64,000 nt of DNA from Rhynchobatus australiae (GCA_034780895.1 JAUZTB010000135.1:43365458-43429457); one strand, 5' to 3'; counted from the first letter of the stretch, positions 26,381 through 40,185 are shown. Notes: generated by a model from the letters alone, not told the origin. Translations and numbers: made by a program.

Positions 26381-28476
26381 TACTTGTCATTTTGGCCACA
26401 ACTAGTAATAATTTGCATAAGAATCAGAAGAAAATTGTATAACTAAGGTTGTGCTATAAAACTCTAGGAGGAAATAAGGTATTTATTAGGGTGGATTTTC
26501 CCCAGAGGGGGGAAATCGTTGCAGTCCACAGATATCTATTATGATTCTATACCTATCTGGGAATTTATTTGAGGATATGATTTGAGATGGTTACTCATTA
26601 TATATGAAAAATGTCCATGTTGGTAAGTGATTTCCTTTGAAGGAGTTTAGTATAGGACAAGTAAAATGAAGGGAAAGCACAATCTCCATTCTAAAGCTGA
26701 TTTTTGAAACTTCGTATTGTCTAACCCTTGCTGTCAGTCATTTGTTGCTTACGTTCCCAGCAGAATAATCTTTGAAGAAATACAATACTGTAGATGTTGG
26801 AACTCTACTGAAGTATTGGATATATTCTGGTCAAGCAGCAGCAGTGGTGGAGAGGAAAAACTTTTTTTGGCACTTATATTTTGTTTTAGAAGTTTTCATC
26901 TTAAATTGGTTAATATCACTTTGGCATTTCCCTACATACAATCTTCCAGCCACCTTTCAAAATTGTAATAGAAATAAAAACTAAGGTTTGTAGAAAACAA
27001 TCTGCAGTAGAAAACTAATAAATATTTTGTTGTGGAGAAAGTGGCAGCATTATTCACCCTGCAGGTGAGGTTTACATTTTTGGAAAGGAAATCTAACTGA
27101 CAATAATTAAACGTTTATGTTAATGCAGGGAATAAAAATCAACCACATTGTCCTGTTCCTCCCCCCTCCTCCTTCCCCCACACACCCCAAAAAAAAACCC
27201 TTTGTAGTGGGGAGGAAAAAATAAAGTCAGTAAATGGGTACTGCTAGTCATGAAAATTTGTTATGCAATATCCTGTGGCTTTCAGCCCAGTTTAATGTTT
27301 TGTGTGCAGCTGTGCTGTCTGATTTATTTCTTTTGCAATATTTATTTTGCCCTTGAGTTTCTGCTTAGAATCAGTTGTATGAAGTTCAGTTGTTTTGTAT
27401 TATGATTGATATTTGTTGTAAGTCGTTGTGAACACTTTGGAGCACCATTTATTGGTGGGTGATCAATAAAATAATAGAGAATAGCAGAATGTAAGTTGCC
27501 ACAAAAAGTAATGCATTAGGAAAGCAGCTGTGGTAATTTGGTTGTCTAATTACTTTGAATTATATTAATATCAGTGGCATCAAAATAGAGAGCTCTTTCA
27601 GGCCAACATGGTAATAAAATTTAAAATCTTTCATTTTAGAAAACTCATCCAACAAGTTGATGAGAATTTCCTGTTTTGGGAATTATAAAATGTTCTTGCA
27701 AGGCAGACACGAGGTCTCAAATTGAATCAAGATTTCTGTAAATGACAACATTCACTGATTGTGTCAGAGCAGATAAAGCTCCTAGTCAAAAAACAACTCT
27801 ACTCTTCTATTGGATAATTTAAAAGAGAAATGTACCAGTATTACTAAAGCTGCTGAGAAGGCAATCAGTTTTTTCACTTTGTTACTGAGGCTGTATAATT
27901 CCTTTGGAATCAATTTTAAATATGACTATGCAAAGTTTTTTTAAAATCAAATAATCGTCATTTGAATCAAGCATGTACTGAAATTTTTCTAAAACAACAT
28001 TTCAAATGTTTTGTCACAATAAGTAGTAGTGTTTTAAGTCTTTAAAGCTACAGATGTCCGAATGCAAGTTAAACCAATTCCTATGCATCGTCATTGCTAA
28101 GTGCCCACATAGGCTGTTCACTCTCAACTTCCACTCTCTGTTCAAGACACTCCTTAAAATCTACATTTGAGCAAGTGTTTAGTTCCTTCCAACACTGCCA
28201 GTTGGCATGGTATCTATTTGATTATGTTGCAGTGAAATGTTTTGTGATCTTGCATAAATTTTAAAGGAATTATTTTTCTTCATCCTTGTCTGCCTTGCTC
28301 TTTGATTTCCCCACGATAACAACTGCATTTATATCCCAAGGCATTTCATGGTATAATTGAACAAAAGTCCCTTCCCTCCCTACACCCACACCCACCCCCC
28401 CTTCCTTCAGTTGGGAATATGGTGATAACAAAAGAAAGCTGCAGAATACCTGTTTGATGGTTTTATTGTGTTCCAG

Positions 28477-28591
28477 ATACATAATCGCTACGAGGGAAAA
28501 GACATTTCCAAGCACAAGCGGAACTTGGCAATCACTGGAGGTGTAACATTGTCAGTCATTGTTTCACCTGTTGTTGCTGCAGTAACTGTAG
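28477..28591 (+). CDS. RNF19A: RNF19A exon 6 (not in the ORF track)
   Basis: gtgttccag|ATA CAT AAT CGC... encodes [38 protein letters not shown]. Donor G|gtaagg; 115 bp. Confidence 0.96.
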
Positions 28592-31500
28592 GTAAGGAAG
28601 CGATTTAACCTTTAACATTGCAGATTTCTGTTTAACGAACATTGGATAAAAGCCGGTTATGTTTGTGGCTGTGATTGCTGCTTGTAAATATTATCTTGGA
28701 CTCAATTAGAGTACAGACGATGGAAAAAGCCATAATGCAGCATTTTTAAGCTACCAAATTGTCCTGGTGCGCAGTCAAAATCTGTAATTGATGTTCTTTA
28801 GTGTATTAGTGTTACTTTGAAACTGTTTACTGGTGTACGAAATATTAATTTGTTAAAGGATTTTCAGTGTTTTACAAGGGTCAAAGCTTTCCTTTCCAAT
28901 AACTGTTTGGCAGTGAATCCAAGGGAAACAATGTGTTATTCCTCTGGCTGGGTTTGTTAGAATAGTACATTACTTTGGTATTTTTAACAAATCTCTGGTT
29001 GTTTCTGCCATGGAGGAAAAGGAACCTTTTAGTTACAGGGAACTATTCTTCCTTTGATTAAAGTATATTATTTGTTCTTGCATTGTAAGATTTTAAGCTG
29101 GAAAGAAACATTTGCACAGAAATGAACACTTTTATGGTTTTTAGGCATTTCTCTGAGCTCCTTGCTCCGATCCTGGTTTCTGAGTCCCTTTGTCTTTGTG
29201 CCAGGAAAAAGACAATGGTGATCCAAGATGAATAACTTAGTGAAATGCTTGTGGTATTATGACTTTAAAGTTACTCCTCATTTGCCATGTTCCTGTTGGA
29301 ATTTTTAAAAAATGACCTAATGTGATCTCGCAAAAAAGGAGACTTATGGTTTTAAAAGGATGTTTTACATCCAGTTGTCAAATTTTGATCTACGTTACTA
29401 TAATTCTTCAGGTTGATATGCTACCAGCTCTGAGATCCACATCTTGGCACTTAGCGTTGCACCACTTGTCTTGGCTCATCCAAGAACAGTCATCCTAGTA
29501 ACTGCCTCCACAGCAATCAGAGGAGCAATTCATGGCTGGCGAGTTTCAGCGAAAGATTTTGTACTGTGTTCCTGGCACAGCAACATGCAGCATAGGGGAG
29601 GGTGCAATAGTGCTGTTGGTAACACATCTCTCCATTATGACTTCAGTGCTGATTCCATTAGCTGTTTCACAATGTGAGGGACCAATATCTATTGATTCAA
29701 GTCTTTAATCTTCTCACAAATGAAACATCCATAGACTTCAATAGTAGGGAATTCCAGAGATTCATAGCCTCTTAAATGCTCTGCATTAGCAATATATGCT
29801 GGAATTTTCAACTGAGACTGGACTGAGGACCAGTTGACAGGTTACTCTTCCTTTATCCTGAGTGTCAATAGAAAGGGTATTCCCAATGGGCTTAATTTAC
29901 CTGGAACTAGATGGAGTTCTGTAGGAATGATCAACACAAGGTCTGCATTGGGGCCAAATCACCCAAACACTTTGACTGTCTGCAGTCCCAGCAACTTGAC
30001 TGTATCAGGAAAGTATGTACGGTCATCTATCCAGTGATAGAAACTTGTTTCAGGAGGCAAGTTGTGCAAATAGCCAAGTGACTGCGAATTGTTTTTAAAT
30101 AATAATCAGAGAATTGAACCTCTTGCAAAATGAATGTGCCATATATTTTAGTTACCTCAAAGCTCATTGTGCATAAGTTGCACATTGAAATGCATGCTAC
30201 TTGAGTTAACCCCTCTATCAGCTTTTTATATTGATTGTCCTCAGCTAATGTTGGTGTGTTTATGTGCCACTGAAGGCAGTTAATCAGTGGTTGGATTTGA
30301 AGATTAGCCAGATTAGCAGTGTTGAAACTGCAAAGAATTAGTGTGTGCTGATTCTGATGGGGTTCCTTGCTGATGCGTGGATATGCGTTTAGGTGCATTG
30401 TTAGAACTGTAAATCAATCGGGGAAGGGTAAACGTGGAACATTGATGGACACAAATCTGCTTCATTAGCTTTTGTATGTCACCTTTGACTTCTTTTGCAT
30501 CTGTTTCAAGTCTTGCAGTCATTGTTGAGCCTGGTCACCACCTACTGCTAGAAATAGCACACTGCTGTTGTTTTGGAAGCAAGAACCAAGCAGGGCATCC
30601 CGACTAAAACAGCTGCAGGTCTCTTTTAATTACTGTTCAAGGCTCTTGTTTCAGGTCTTCATATTGTATTTCTGTTTTCCTGGCATTTTTTCCATTTTAC
30701 CTCCAGTCCCAAGTTCCAATTTCAGACTTGACAAAGGTTGACAGATACTTTATAAAAAGCCGATACAGTGTTTACCCCTATATGCAACTGTCTACTCTTA
30801 TGTGCTTGGACTGTTAAATTTCATCTACTCGGAGCACTTGTACTCCTATTATCCTGGCTGTCTGCACGGAGCCAAATCTGCAATAGCAGCTGTGAGTAAG
30901 TTTTCACATTTTGATTACAGGGAATTGTGGGCAGTCAGACTATACAAGTCTAAAATTAAAAACACAATACTGTAAGTCAGCTGATCAGGCAACATCTGTG
31001 GAGAGAGAAACAACGTTGAATACTCTGGTTTAACTTTGTTGCCTAACTTGGCAGAAAAGTCTGAACTTAAAGGGGAAATTTGGATGAACTTTTTCCCCTG
31101 CTCCCCATTTATAACTGGCTGTCGGGTTGCTTTCTGCAAGGTGGTCTGGACTGTTGTTTGGCATTTGCTGATCTCATTTGTATTTGGATGTTTGCTCTGT
31201 TCTGCACTTAATTCCTAGCTGAGCGTGTAGGTCGAGCAATATTTGAATCTGTTTTTGAGTCTGTAGGGTTGGTGGTGAGGAGATTGTCTCTTGAAGAGCT
31301 AGTCTGTACTTGGGATTTTGATTGCAGTATAGTTGAAGATGTGATGTTTGAATGGATTTTTAGAGCCTTGAAGTATGATGACTATAAAGGAAAAATTATT
31401 CAGGATGAGGGTGTTGAGTTGGATATGTTGCACCATTGCAACCCAACCTCCTAAATGCTCATGAAATATCATATATGTAGAGTTTGCAAAAAAAAAAATA

Positions 31501-33519
31501 ATTTGGGACTGGTTGCGTAAATGAATGCTGCTTAGCCTTTTTGAATCCATGCCCCTTCTGTCAACTTCTTGCAGCAATTGTGCCTGCTTTTGTAGAACAA
31601 TTATCATAATGACAAGACTCTTGTGGAAGTTCTCATATACTGAGATGAGATGCTGTGGTGGTGGGGTAGGATATCCTAGTGGATGAGTCAGCTGTTTTAT
31701 GCAGAGAGGGATTGTGTGGTGTGGTCTTTAACAGCATCCTTAATTTTGGAAATCGGATATCTAACAGATTATTTTTCTTGATCGTGACTTCTGATTATTA
31801 AATTATCAACATAATATTCGAAAATCCCACTAATTAATCTGATAATTTTGACAAATTGCACATGCTAGGTGATAGATATAAATATTTATTCATCCAATTA
31901 ATAATATAAATTTAACTACCCTATTAAAAGTTCTTAATGTCTCTGTTCTAAATTTGAGAAAATAGACCAGAATTCTTGTATCCTTTATAGACTTCAGCTA
32001 TGGTAAGTGAAAGGAGGATCTGTGGATAGTTAAATTTGTGAATTATTTAAACCCATTGCTTTGTTAGTGTTCTTATGTAGCTTCTTAACTTTTGTTGTGT
32101 GCCCATATACTGGGGAATATTTAATTAGATCCCCACTTTCAATCTTTGGAGATGATTCCAACTGGATGCTGTTTAGATCTTGCTGCATTTTCATTGGGAA
32201 ATAAGATCTGATTATTTGCTGAGGTTTATGAAAAAGCAGCAGAGTCCCAACGGGCAGCTCCTGCTCCATCAATTCGGAATCATGGAGTAATTCTGGAGAG
32301 CACTGTGTGCTATCCAATCTTGGAAATCACCTCTGCAGTAGGGATATGAAATGGTTAATATCAACAAAAAATCCATCATAAGTTGTCTGAAAAAAATTGG
32401 ATTTTGATGGCTTGGATGTACCTATTTAATTACACTGTGAATTATAAATGGAGCTGAACACTGTAGTTGTTAGTAAACACCTCTACTTCTGACCGTTATG
32501 AAGGTTATTAATGAAACAGTTGAAAATAAAAATTCCAAAAACTATAACTGATTACAGGCATTGGAGAGTTTTTCCTAATTCCCTTTGATTTTTGTTTTAC
32601 TTAGCTTGTTGGTGTCAGAGACATTTGAATGCCACTTTAACATTGAGAAGTCATCTTCATCACCTTCAGGTACTTCCAAACAAAATATTTTAAATTAAAA
32701 GCTTATTCAAACAAGTTTCATGCATNNNNNNNNNNNNNNNNNNNNNNNNNNNNNNNNNNNNNNNNNNNNNNNNNNNNNNNNNNNNNNNNNNNNNNNNNNN
32801 NNNNNNNNNNNNNNNNNNNNNNNNNAATGTAATTGTATTCTTTGTCCCTAAATAATTCAATTTATCCTTGCACAAGCATAGTCTGTCCATTTTAGACATC
32901 AGTATCTTTTCAGCTCTTTTGATGTAAAGTAATTTGTATCATTCACCTTTTGCACCTTTATTCAGAACATTGAGAAACCTGCTTCTGAGAAGAAATGAAT
33001 TGGATGGTAATGGGGGTTCAGTGCCTGAAAGTGATTCTTATCTGTTGAATGTTAGCTCATTTTCCTCCTATTCTATGTAATGAATGGAACTGATTTGGGC
33101 TTCATTGTGGAGCTTGCATTTGACTCGTTCATATTTTTAATGACATTCATTTCACAGCAGTGAAAAGTAACACGTTTGAGGAGATCAAACAACGTGAAGG
33201 AAAATACAGTATATGATATGGAAATGTGTAATGAGAATATCATGGTCAAAATATGGAAAATTGAAAAGCAGTATTTTGCTTTTTTAGTTTTTTAAAGCTG
33301 CTCTTAAACAAAAGCATAAGTTAGGGTGGAATCTTCTATTTGCAAATAAGTCACATTCTTTTAGTAAACTCCACTAAATCTTCCCGTCCCANNNNNNNNN
33401 NNNNNNNNNNNNNNNNNNNNNNNNNNNNNNNNNNNNNNNNNNNNNNNNNNNNNNNNNNNNNNNNNNNNNNNNNNNNNNNNNNNNNNNNNNNAGAATCACG
33501 AAGTGTATGCTCACAGAAC

Positions 33520-34050
33520 CCTGAAGGCATTTAAATAGATGTAAGGTAGTTAAAGCATATGGAATCTTTTACATGTCAAAGCATAGAATGTAGGAGCAGA
33601 GAGGTTTAGCTAGGTATTATTGAAACACTAAGGCTACAGCTGGAGTACCATGCACATTCCTGGTCACCACACTATAGAAGGATGTGATAGCACAGGAGTA
33701 GATGCAGAGGAGTCTTATGGGGACTGCATGGGTGCTGGAGAATTTTGAGGAGAAACTAAGTAGGTTTAGTTGATTCCCCTCAGTTTCTTGTCCCAAATGG
33801 AGAATTAATTTAGTTGTAGGAAATTGAGAGGCCCAGACAAGGTGAACAAGAAATTTTACATTGAGGTTAACGACCAGTGGGCACAGAAGGATTAAAAGTT
33901 GAGAATCTCTTTATTCATACAAAGGCTGGTGGTGATGATCTAGATCCCAAGGATGGCAGAAACAGAAATCCTCATAGTTTTTAAGTTAACCTGGATGAAT
34001 GCTTGAAGAGCCAAGGCTATTGATTGAGAGCTGGGAAATGGGACTAACCC
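33520..34050 (+). mobile_element. CR1 LINE 3' fragment
   Basis: cagctggagtacc...tggtcaccacactatagaaggatgtgatagca (LEYC..FWSPHYRKDV-like). Confidence 0.65.
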
Positions 34051-34074
34051 AGATATCTTGACTGCTTCATGTGG

Positions 34075-35340
34075 GGACACTATTCCATTTTCCCAGTTTC
34101 TCTGGCTCTGTTGCACTTGTTCTGATTACAGAACTTTCCACACATATTTCTGTGTTCCTTCTACCGTAACTCTACTTCTCTACCATAGTTGAGAAAGCTC
34201 TCAACTTGATCTCTCCTATTTCCTGCCCTTGTCTCACTCTCTTCCCGTCAGAGCAAATTTAAGGTGCCACTTGTCTTCGCCTTCCCTACCACCAACCTCC
34301 CCATTCAACAGAATATCTTCCATAACATCCCACCACCTACAGTGAGATTCCACATCTTCCATCTCCATTATCCACTCCCTTTCTCACGGCACTTTCCTAA
34401 GCAACTGCAGGAGATGCAGCACCTGTCCTTTCATTAGTTCCCTCTGTCATCCTGGGACCCAAGNNNNNNNNNNNNNNNNNNNNNNNNNNNNNNNNNNNNN
34501 NNNNNNNNNNNNNNNNNNNNNNNNNNNNNNNNNNNNNNNNNNNNNNNNNNNNNNNNNNNNNNNNNNNNNNNNNNNNNNNNNNNNNNNNNNNNNNNNNNNN
34601 NNNNNNNNNNNNNNNNNNNNNNNNNNNNNNNNNNNNNNNNNNNNNNNNNNNNNNNNNNNNNNNNNNNNNNNNNNNNNNNNNNNNNNNNNNNNNNNNNNNN
34701 NNNNNNNNNNNNNNNNNNNNNNNNNNNNNNNNNNNNNNNNNNNNNNNNNNNNNNNNNNNNNNNNNNNNNNNNNNNNNNNNNNNNNNNNNNNNNNNNNNNN
34801 NNNNNNNNNNNNNNNNNNNNNNNNNNNNNNNNNNNNNNNNNNNNNNNNNNNNNNNNNNNNNNNNNNNNNNNNNNNNNNNNNNNNNNNNNNNNNNNNNNNN
34901 NNNNNNNNNNNNNNNNNNNNNNNNNNNNNNNNNNNNNNNNNNNNNNNNNNNNNNNNNNNNNNNNNNNNNNNNNNNNNNNNNNNNNNNNNNNNNNNNNNNN
35001 NNNNNNNNNNNNNNNNNNNNNNNNNNNNNNNNNNNNNNNNNNNNNNNNNNNNNNNNNCCCCCCCCCCCCGGCGCGAGATCGGAGTACAGAAAGCATTGGT
35101 GGGAGAATGGAATTGCTCTGTGAGCCAGCATAGACTCGGTGCACTGAAATGTTGTCCTCCTATGTTAAATAGAAAAATGGACAGTCTTGATCTCCACTCT
35201 TTCACAGTTGTTCTCACCATTCCTCCTTTCTTTGAATTTGTGACATCTCTTTTCCAGTTCTGATGAAAGGTCATTAACCTGAAGCATTAATTCAATTTCT
35301 CATTCAGCTGACCTGAATATCTCCAGTATTTTCTCTTTTT
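34075..35340 (+). mobile_element. Penelope-like element remnant (RT thumb/linker, Cys motif and terminal repeat), spanning an N-gap
   Basis: attccattttcccagtttctc (IPFSQFL), cttccctaccaccaacctc (FHPTSL-like), and tgcaggagatgcagcacctgtcct (CRRCSTCP, the Cys motif before GIY-YIG). Terminal repeat ccagttctgatgaaaggtc at 35253-35272. Confidence 0.65.
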
Positions 35341-35414
35341 AGTTGGGAATAACCTAGAGTTCATTTTTAGCTGACATGGACACCACAGGCTGACATAGCT
35401 GCTTCCTGTGGCTG

Positions 35415-36362
35415 TTCATGCTGCTGCAGGAATTCCTCAGGGCAGTGCCAAAGGCACAACCATGTTCAACAGTTTCCTCAATGACCTTCCTTTCACTGTG
35501 AGGTCAGGAGTGAGGATATTTCCTGATGCTTAATTCTTTTTGCAACTCAGCAAATGAAGCAGCCTGTGCCTGGAAGCAGCAAGGCCAGACAACAGTAAGG
35601 CTCATAGGTAACATTTGTGCCACAAAAGTGACCAGCAGTGACCATCTCCAGTAAGAGTAAATTGAACTACCTATCCTTGGCATCCAATGCCATTACTATC
35701 ACTGAATCTCCTACCATCAGTATCCTGATGAATCATCATTGACCAAAAACTCAACTGGACCGGCCACGTAAAAACTATCCTAACAGGAGGGAGGAGGAGG
35801 TCTGGTATCCTTTGGTAAATGACTTGCCTCCTGACACCCCATGACCTTTCCACAAGGCATGTCAGGAATATGATGGAATACTCTATATATTTGCCCAAAT
35901 GAGTGTAGCGGAAGCACTCAAGAAGCTCGCTACCATCTAGGGTAAAGCAGTTCACTTTATTGGCATCCCATTCATTCCCTTCACCATTGGTGCACAGTGG
36001 CTGTCATTGTACCATCTATAAAAGGCATTATAGTTACTTGTCCAGGCTATTCTGACAGTACCTCCCAAACCCATGACCTTTCTTACCAAGAAGGGCCAGG
36101 GCAGCAGCTGCACGGGATAGTCACCACCTACAGGTTCCCCCTCCCGGTCTCACCATCCTAAATTGGAAATATGCCACGGTCGTTCATTTTTGCATGGTCT
36201 AAATATTTGAACTCCTGACCCATCAGCACTGGGAGTACCTTCACCAGAATGATTTCAGTGGTCAAGAAATACAGATCACCACCACCTTCTTGAGGGCAAT
36301 TGGGGGTGGGCAATAAATGCTGACCTGGCCCACATGAAAATGAATTTAAAAGAAAAAAAAAA
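35415..36362 (+). mobile_element. L2/CR1-clade LINE 3' portion with tail and poly(A)
   Basis: ggaattcctcagggcagtg (GVPQGS), cacaaggcatgtcaggaatatgatggaatactct (YKAQVRSVMEYS-like), tail caccaccttcttgagggcaattgggggtgggcaataaatgctg followed by an A-run. Confidence 0.75.
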
Positions 36363-36511
36363 TCTGATTCTTTAGAAGATTCAGGATTCATATAACAAAA
36401 GTACTCTCTGATTCATGCTTGACCTTAATGTCATAATTCTGTTTTGTGTTTTTAAAACAAGTATTCGGCCTACAATAACTTTTTTTGAAAGTAGCTGTAG
36501 TGTCTGCATTT

Positions 36512-36882
36512 TTTGGTATTGATTTGTTATTGTCACTTGTACCGAGGTACAGTGAAGAACTTGTCCTGCATACCGTTCATACAGATCAATTTATTACAAA
36601 GTGCATTGAAGTAGTATAAGGTAAAAACAATAACAGAATACAGAGTAAAGTGTCACAGCTGCAGGGAAGTGCATTACAGGTAGACAATAAGGTGCAAGGT
36701 AGACAGTAAGGACTGTAATGTGCTGTATTGTTCTATAAAGGGTTAGGTAGTGTGAGGTGTGGTTTGATGGGTAGCACAACTTGGTGGGCCAAAGGGCCTG
36801 TATTGTGCTGTATTGTTCTATGGTTCTATAACAAGGTAGATTCTGAGGTCAAGAGTCCATCTCACCATATAAGGGAACCATC
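36512..36882 (-). mobile_element. Rex1/Babar 3' tail with a nested CR1-tail fragment (about 36703-36828)
   Basis: Reverse-complement match to the tail at 63870-64000; the inserted segment has gggccaaagggcctgtattgtgctgtattgttctatggttcta. Confidence 0.65.
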
Positions 36883-36992
36883 TTACTGTATCAGAGATAT
36901 TGCCTTTGTTCTACCCATATCTCCTCCAGTTTCCCTGCTGCTGAAAACTAACTCACATTTCTCTCCTTCCCATTTCTGAGAGAGGGTGCTGG

Positions 36993-37385
36993 TGTCACCA
37001 TGTGAGCAAAGAGCAAGCTCAGAACCCAAATGCAGCACACTGGTACAGGACTGGAGTCAGGATACTTCTTCAGGACCAAACACTAGTCACAACTGGAAGG
37101 AATCTTGCCTCAGAGATCCAAATAGGAATCCCAATACAAACTGAATCTTCAAACAGGAATGGAGAACACAGAACTGCTCTAGAGTAGACCACTCCAAGCA
37201 GCCAGGAGCCAAAGGTTGACCAATACTCTGGCAACTAGTGCTGGAGAAACCCAGGTACTTATGCTAGACCCCTGATGGGGCTCAGGTGTGTGTCATTATG
37301 CACAGTCCAGCATGGAATCCATGTGCTGGACAACAAGGCATCATCAAAGGAGTCAAATTGAGGGCCAGTACTCGGAACCACGACA
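36993..37385. mobile_element. Candidate solo LTR
   Basis: TGTC...GACA termini, and gaacccaaatgcagcacac / caggtgtg motifs resembling fish Gypsy LTRs. No clear target-site duplication. Confidence 0.3.
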
Positions 37386-38137
37386 GCACTAGTTGAAGCG
37401 GAATGGGGAGGCGAGGTCCAACCCAGTGTTCTTCCCCCAACCACACAAATGAAATCAGATTATGACTCTTCATTCACTTACTGCTTATTGTATACAAATT
37501 CACAACACTTCTCCCTCGGGGCGAGAGTACCTGCACTTGGGAATTAATTTATGGTTTATTAGTGCTTTAAGATGCTCTAAGGATGTAGTAAGGTTCTATA
37601 TAAATCAAAGATCTTTCCATCTAATGTGGACTGCAGCTTGTGATGATTTAAATCAAGCACTGCTCCACAAAGGATAACCATATGTGCTTAACTTTCCCTT
37701 CTCTCTCTTTGATTCAGTTTCCCTTGTCTTGCCTTTTGTCTTCATTACTATTCTCCCTATCGAATCAACTTAATAGCCTTTCAGCTATTTGACGTTGTAG
37801 CTCTTTGTTAGGTAATTTGGGTGACCTTTGGAAGTGCTTGTTAATGTTCACAGAGAAATCTTGCTGCTTCTATTCTCTTGGTTAGGCTGAGATGAAGGAA
37901 TTCTAAACATACACAGTCCATATTCCCTAAAATATCCCTCCCATTACCTCTCCTTAGATGAAGCACCACAGACACATTATGGCATCACTCCAGACACAGA
38001 GTCCTTGCCTCTATATTACTTGTTTTACAGGTCTCTTCGCACTTTCATATGCACTAGCAGCAGTATTTTATTGGTCGCTGTCACTTTTACCATTAGTAAT
38101 CATTTTGTGGCTCATCTGCATTGATATTTTATAACTG

Positions 38138-38430
38138 GGGTGACACAGCAGGTAATACTGCTGCCCTGCAGCTCTAGCATCCCATGTTCAATCTTGACCT
38201 GTGGTGCCGTCTGTGTGGTTTGCAAGTTCTCCTGGGACTGTGTAGGTTTTCCTCCGCTGCTTTGGTTCCCTTTGGCATCCCAAATCGGTGCTGGTTGGTA
38301 GGTTAATGAGCTACTGTATAGAAGGATGATGGGGGAGGAAGAATGGGTTGTATGGAATTGGGGGAGTGGGAATGATGGGATTGCTTTGAGAGCTGACAAA
38401 GCTCAATGGGTCAAATGGCCTCTTGTGTGA
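38138..38430 (+). mobile_element. HE1/V-SINE (tRNA head, V domain, CR1-type tail)
   Basis: ggtgacacagcaggtaatactgctgcc...gttcaatcttgacc...gtctgtgtggtttgcaagttctcc...ggttttcctccg...ggtaggttaat...atgggtcaaatggcctc. Confidence 0.8.
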
Positions 38431-40026
38431 AAAGAAAGTATGAGAAACAAATTACCATTTATTAATGTATAGTGTTTCACCAAGATCTGACCAGACTGTG
38501 TAATATCTTGTGGAATATACTTAAGATCTAAATAGTTTATTGCTAAACATTTCAAGTTGACTGTCTCACCCGGGGACAGGAGCCTTTTCTTTCCCTTCAG
38601 ATCTTTTCACGAAATAGGGGAATGTCACCTGCCCTCTGTTAGTGAAAATTTGCCTCTCTTTCAGACAGTAGCCCACCAGGCATTTGTACCTCCAGTGTAT
38701 GTGATATGTCCAGGAAATTCAATTGAAGCTGCTGATCTGTGAACAGGACACTGACTTCTCGGGGTGTGTGATCTCTCACCTTGCAGCAANNNNNNNNNNN
38801 NNNNNNNNNNNNNNNNNNNNNNNNNNNNNNNNNNNNNNNNNNNNNNNNNNNNNNNNNNNNNNNNNNNNNNNNNNNNNNNNNNNNNNNNNATGTGTCCTCA
38901 GATTCCTGTACCTTCTGCCTGATGTGAGAGGGGAGAAGAGAGAAGGACTAAAATCTGCTATAACATATTTTCATAGTTGGAGGAATAAATGTTTGCTTGG
39001 TATTTTTCTTCCATAACATGGTCACGCTTGTGTGAAGAAAGCATTGGGGTGCGTCAGCATGATGGTTGGACTCTGTTCTGGATAATTATCCAATGTATAT
39101 CCAAGCAGCTGTTTCCAATATAAACAAAAAACCCATGTTGCTATGGTCTGAGTAAAATGCAATGTGACATTTTTGTATGGTATCCATTTCAGTTGTTGGA
39201 AAAAAAGTACCTCCATGCAATCATAGAATATGCCCTGTAAATATGGGTTGTCTGAAAGCATCCCTAACTATCATAGGGCAGTACGCGATAGGTTCTGAGT
39301 CTGTTACATATGGTCAGAGCAGCCAGGTTGATCAGTAGGTTCAAAATGAAGAATATTGGTTAAGTAATTTTTTTTTTGTTTTATTGTATTGGAACCTAAA
39401 ATAGAAATTGTAACTGCATTGTTCAGTAAATTATCACTGGTATCAGGTGGTCAGCAGTTCGAGAGTGTGACATGTCCTTGGCTATCTGCCTTATGCCTGC
39501 ATGTACTTCATACCAGGCAACTGTTAATGCTTTTGCCTAATTGACACAGATTAGTAATGAAAGTTGAACTCGAGGATGATTTTTGTGGAGTGTTAGAAAC
39601 GTTAATATGATTTTGGGTTTCTATTAGAGAATTACATGGATTTGAGTATAATCTGTTTGTAACTGGGGAAATGCCAAGTAAAATTAGAAAATGGTTATTA
39701 ACAAAACCTGCACTCGGGGCATAGGCCAGTTATAGCACAAGCTGGTTAATGAAGAATTAGTGTCCATACAATCATTTGGTTCAGCTGTAGGAAATAACAG
39801 CTTATCCATGTGGACTGGCCTGTCTTGATTTAAGCCTCGTTTGCCATTACCAGAAGCTGGTAAGTGACATGCCAGATTATTTTTAACTCTGGCATCACTT
39901 TCAAATCGATGTGAAAGAGCAGTGTGAATCAATGTAGTGTAGCGCACGAATGTCCAATACCAAGCAGTTGCAGATGTTCTGTGTTTTGCTGTTAAATGGA
40001 TTTCTTTTTATGTTTTATCTTAACAG

Positions 40027-40185
40027 GCATTGGAGTACCCATTATGTTAGCGTATGTCTATGGAGTGGTCCCTATTTCCCTCTGCCGTAGTGGTGGCTGT
40101 GGTGTTTCTGCCGGCACTGGAAAGGGTGTGCGGATAGAATTTGATGATGAAAATGATAATGCTGGCAGAGGAAATGCAGCATTAG
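40027..40185 (+). CDS. RNF19A: RNF19A exon 7
   Basis: ttaacag|GC ATT GGA... encodes [53 protein letters not shown]. Donor G|gtaagc. Confidence 0.96.

Noticed and set aside
35058-35085. Poly-C followed by ggcgcgagatcggag, resembling the Illumina adapter AGATCGGAAG
   Set aside because: Only 8 nt match; most likely low-quality contig-edge sequence with no biological meaning.
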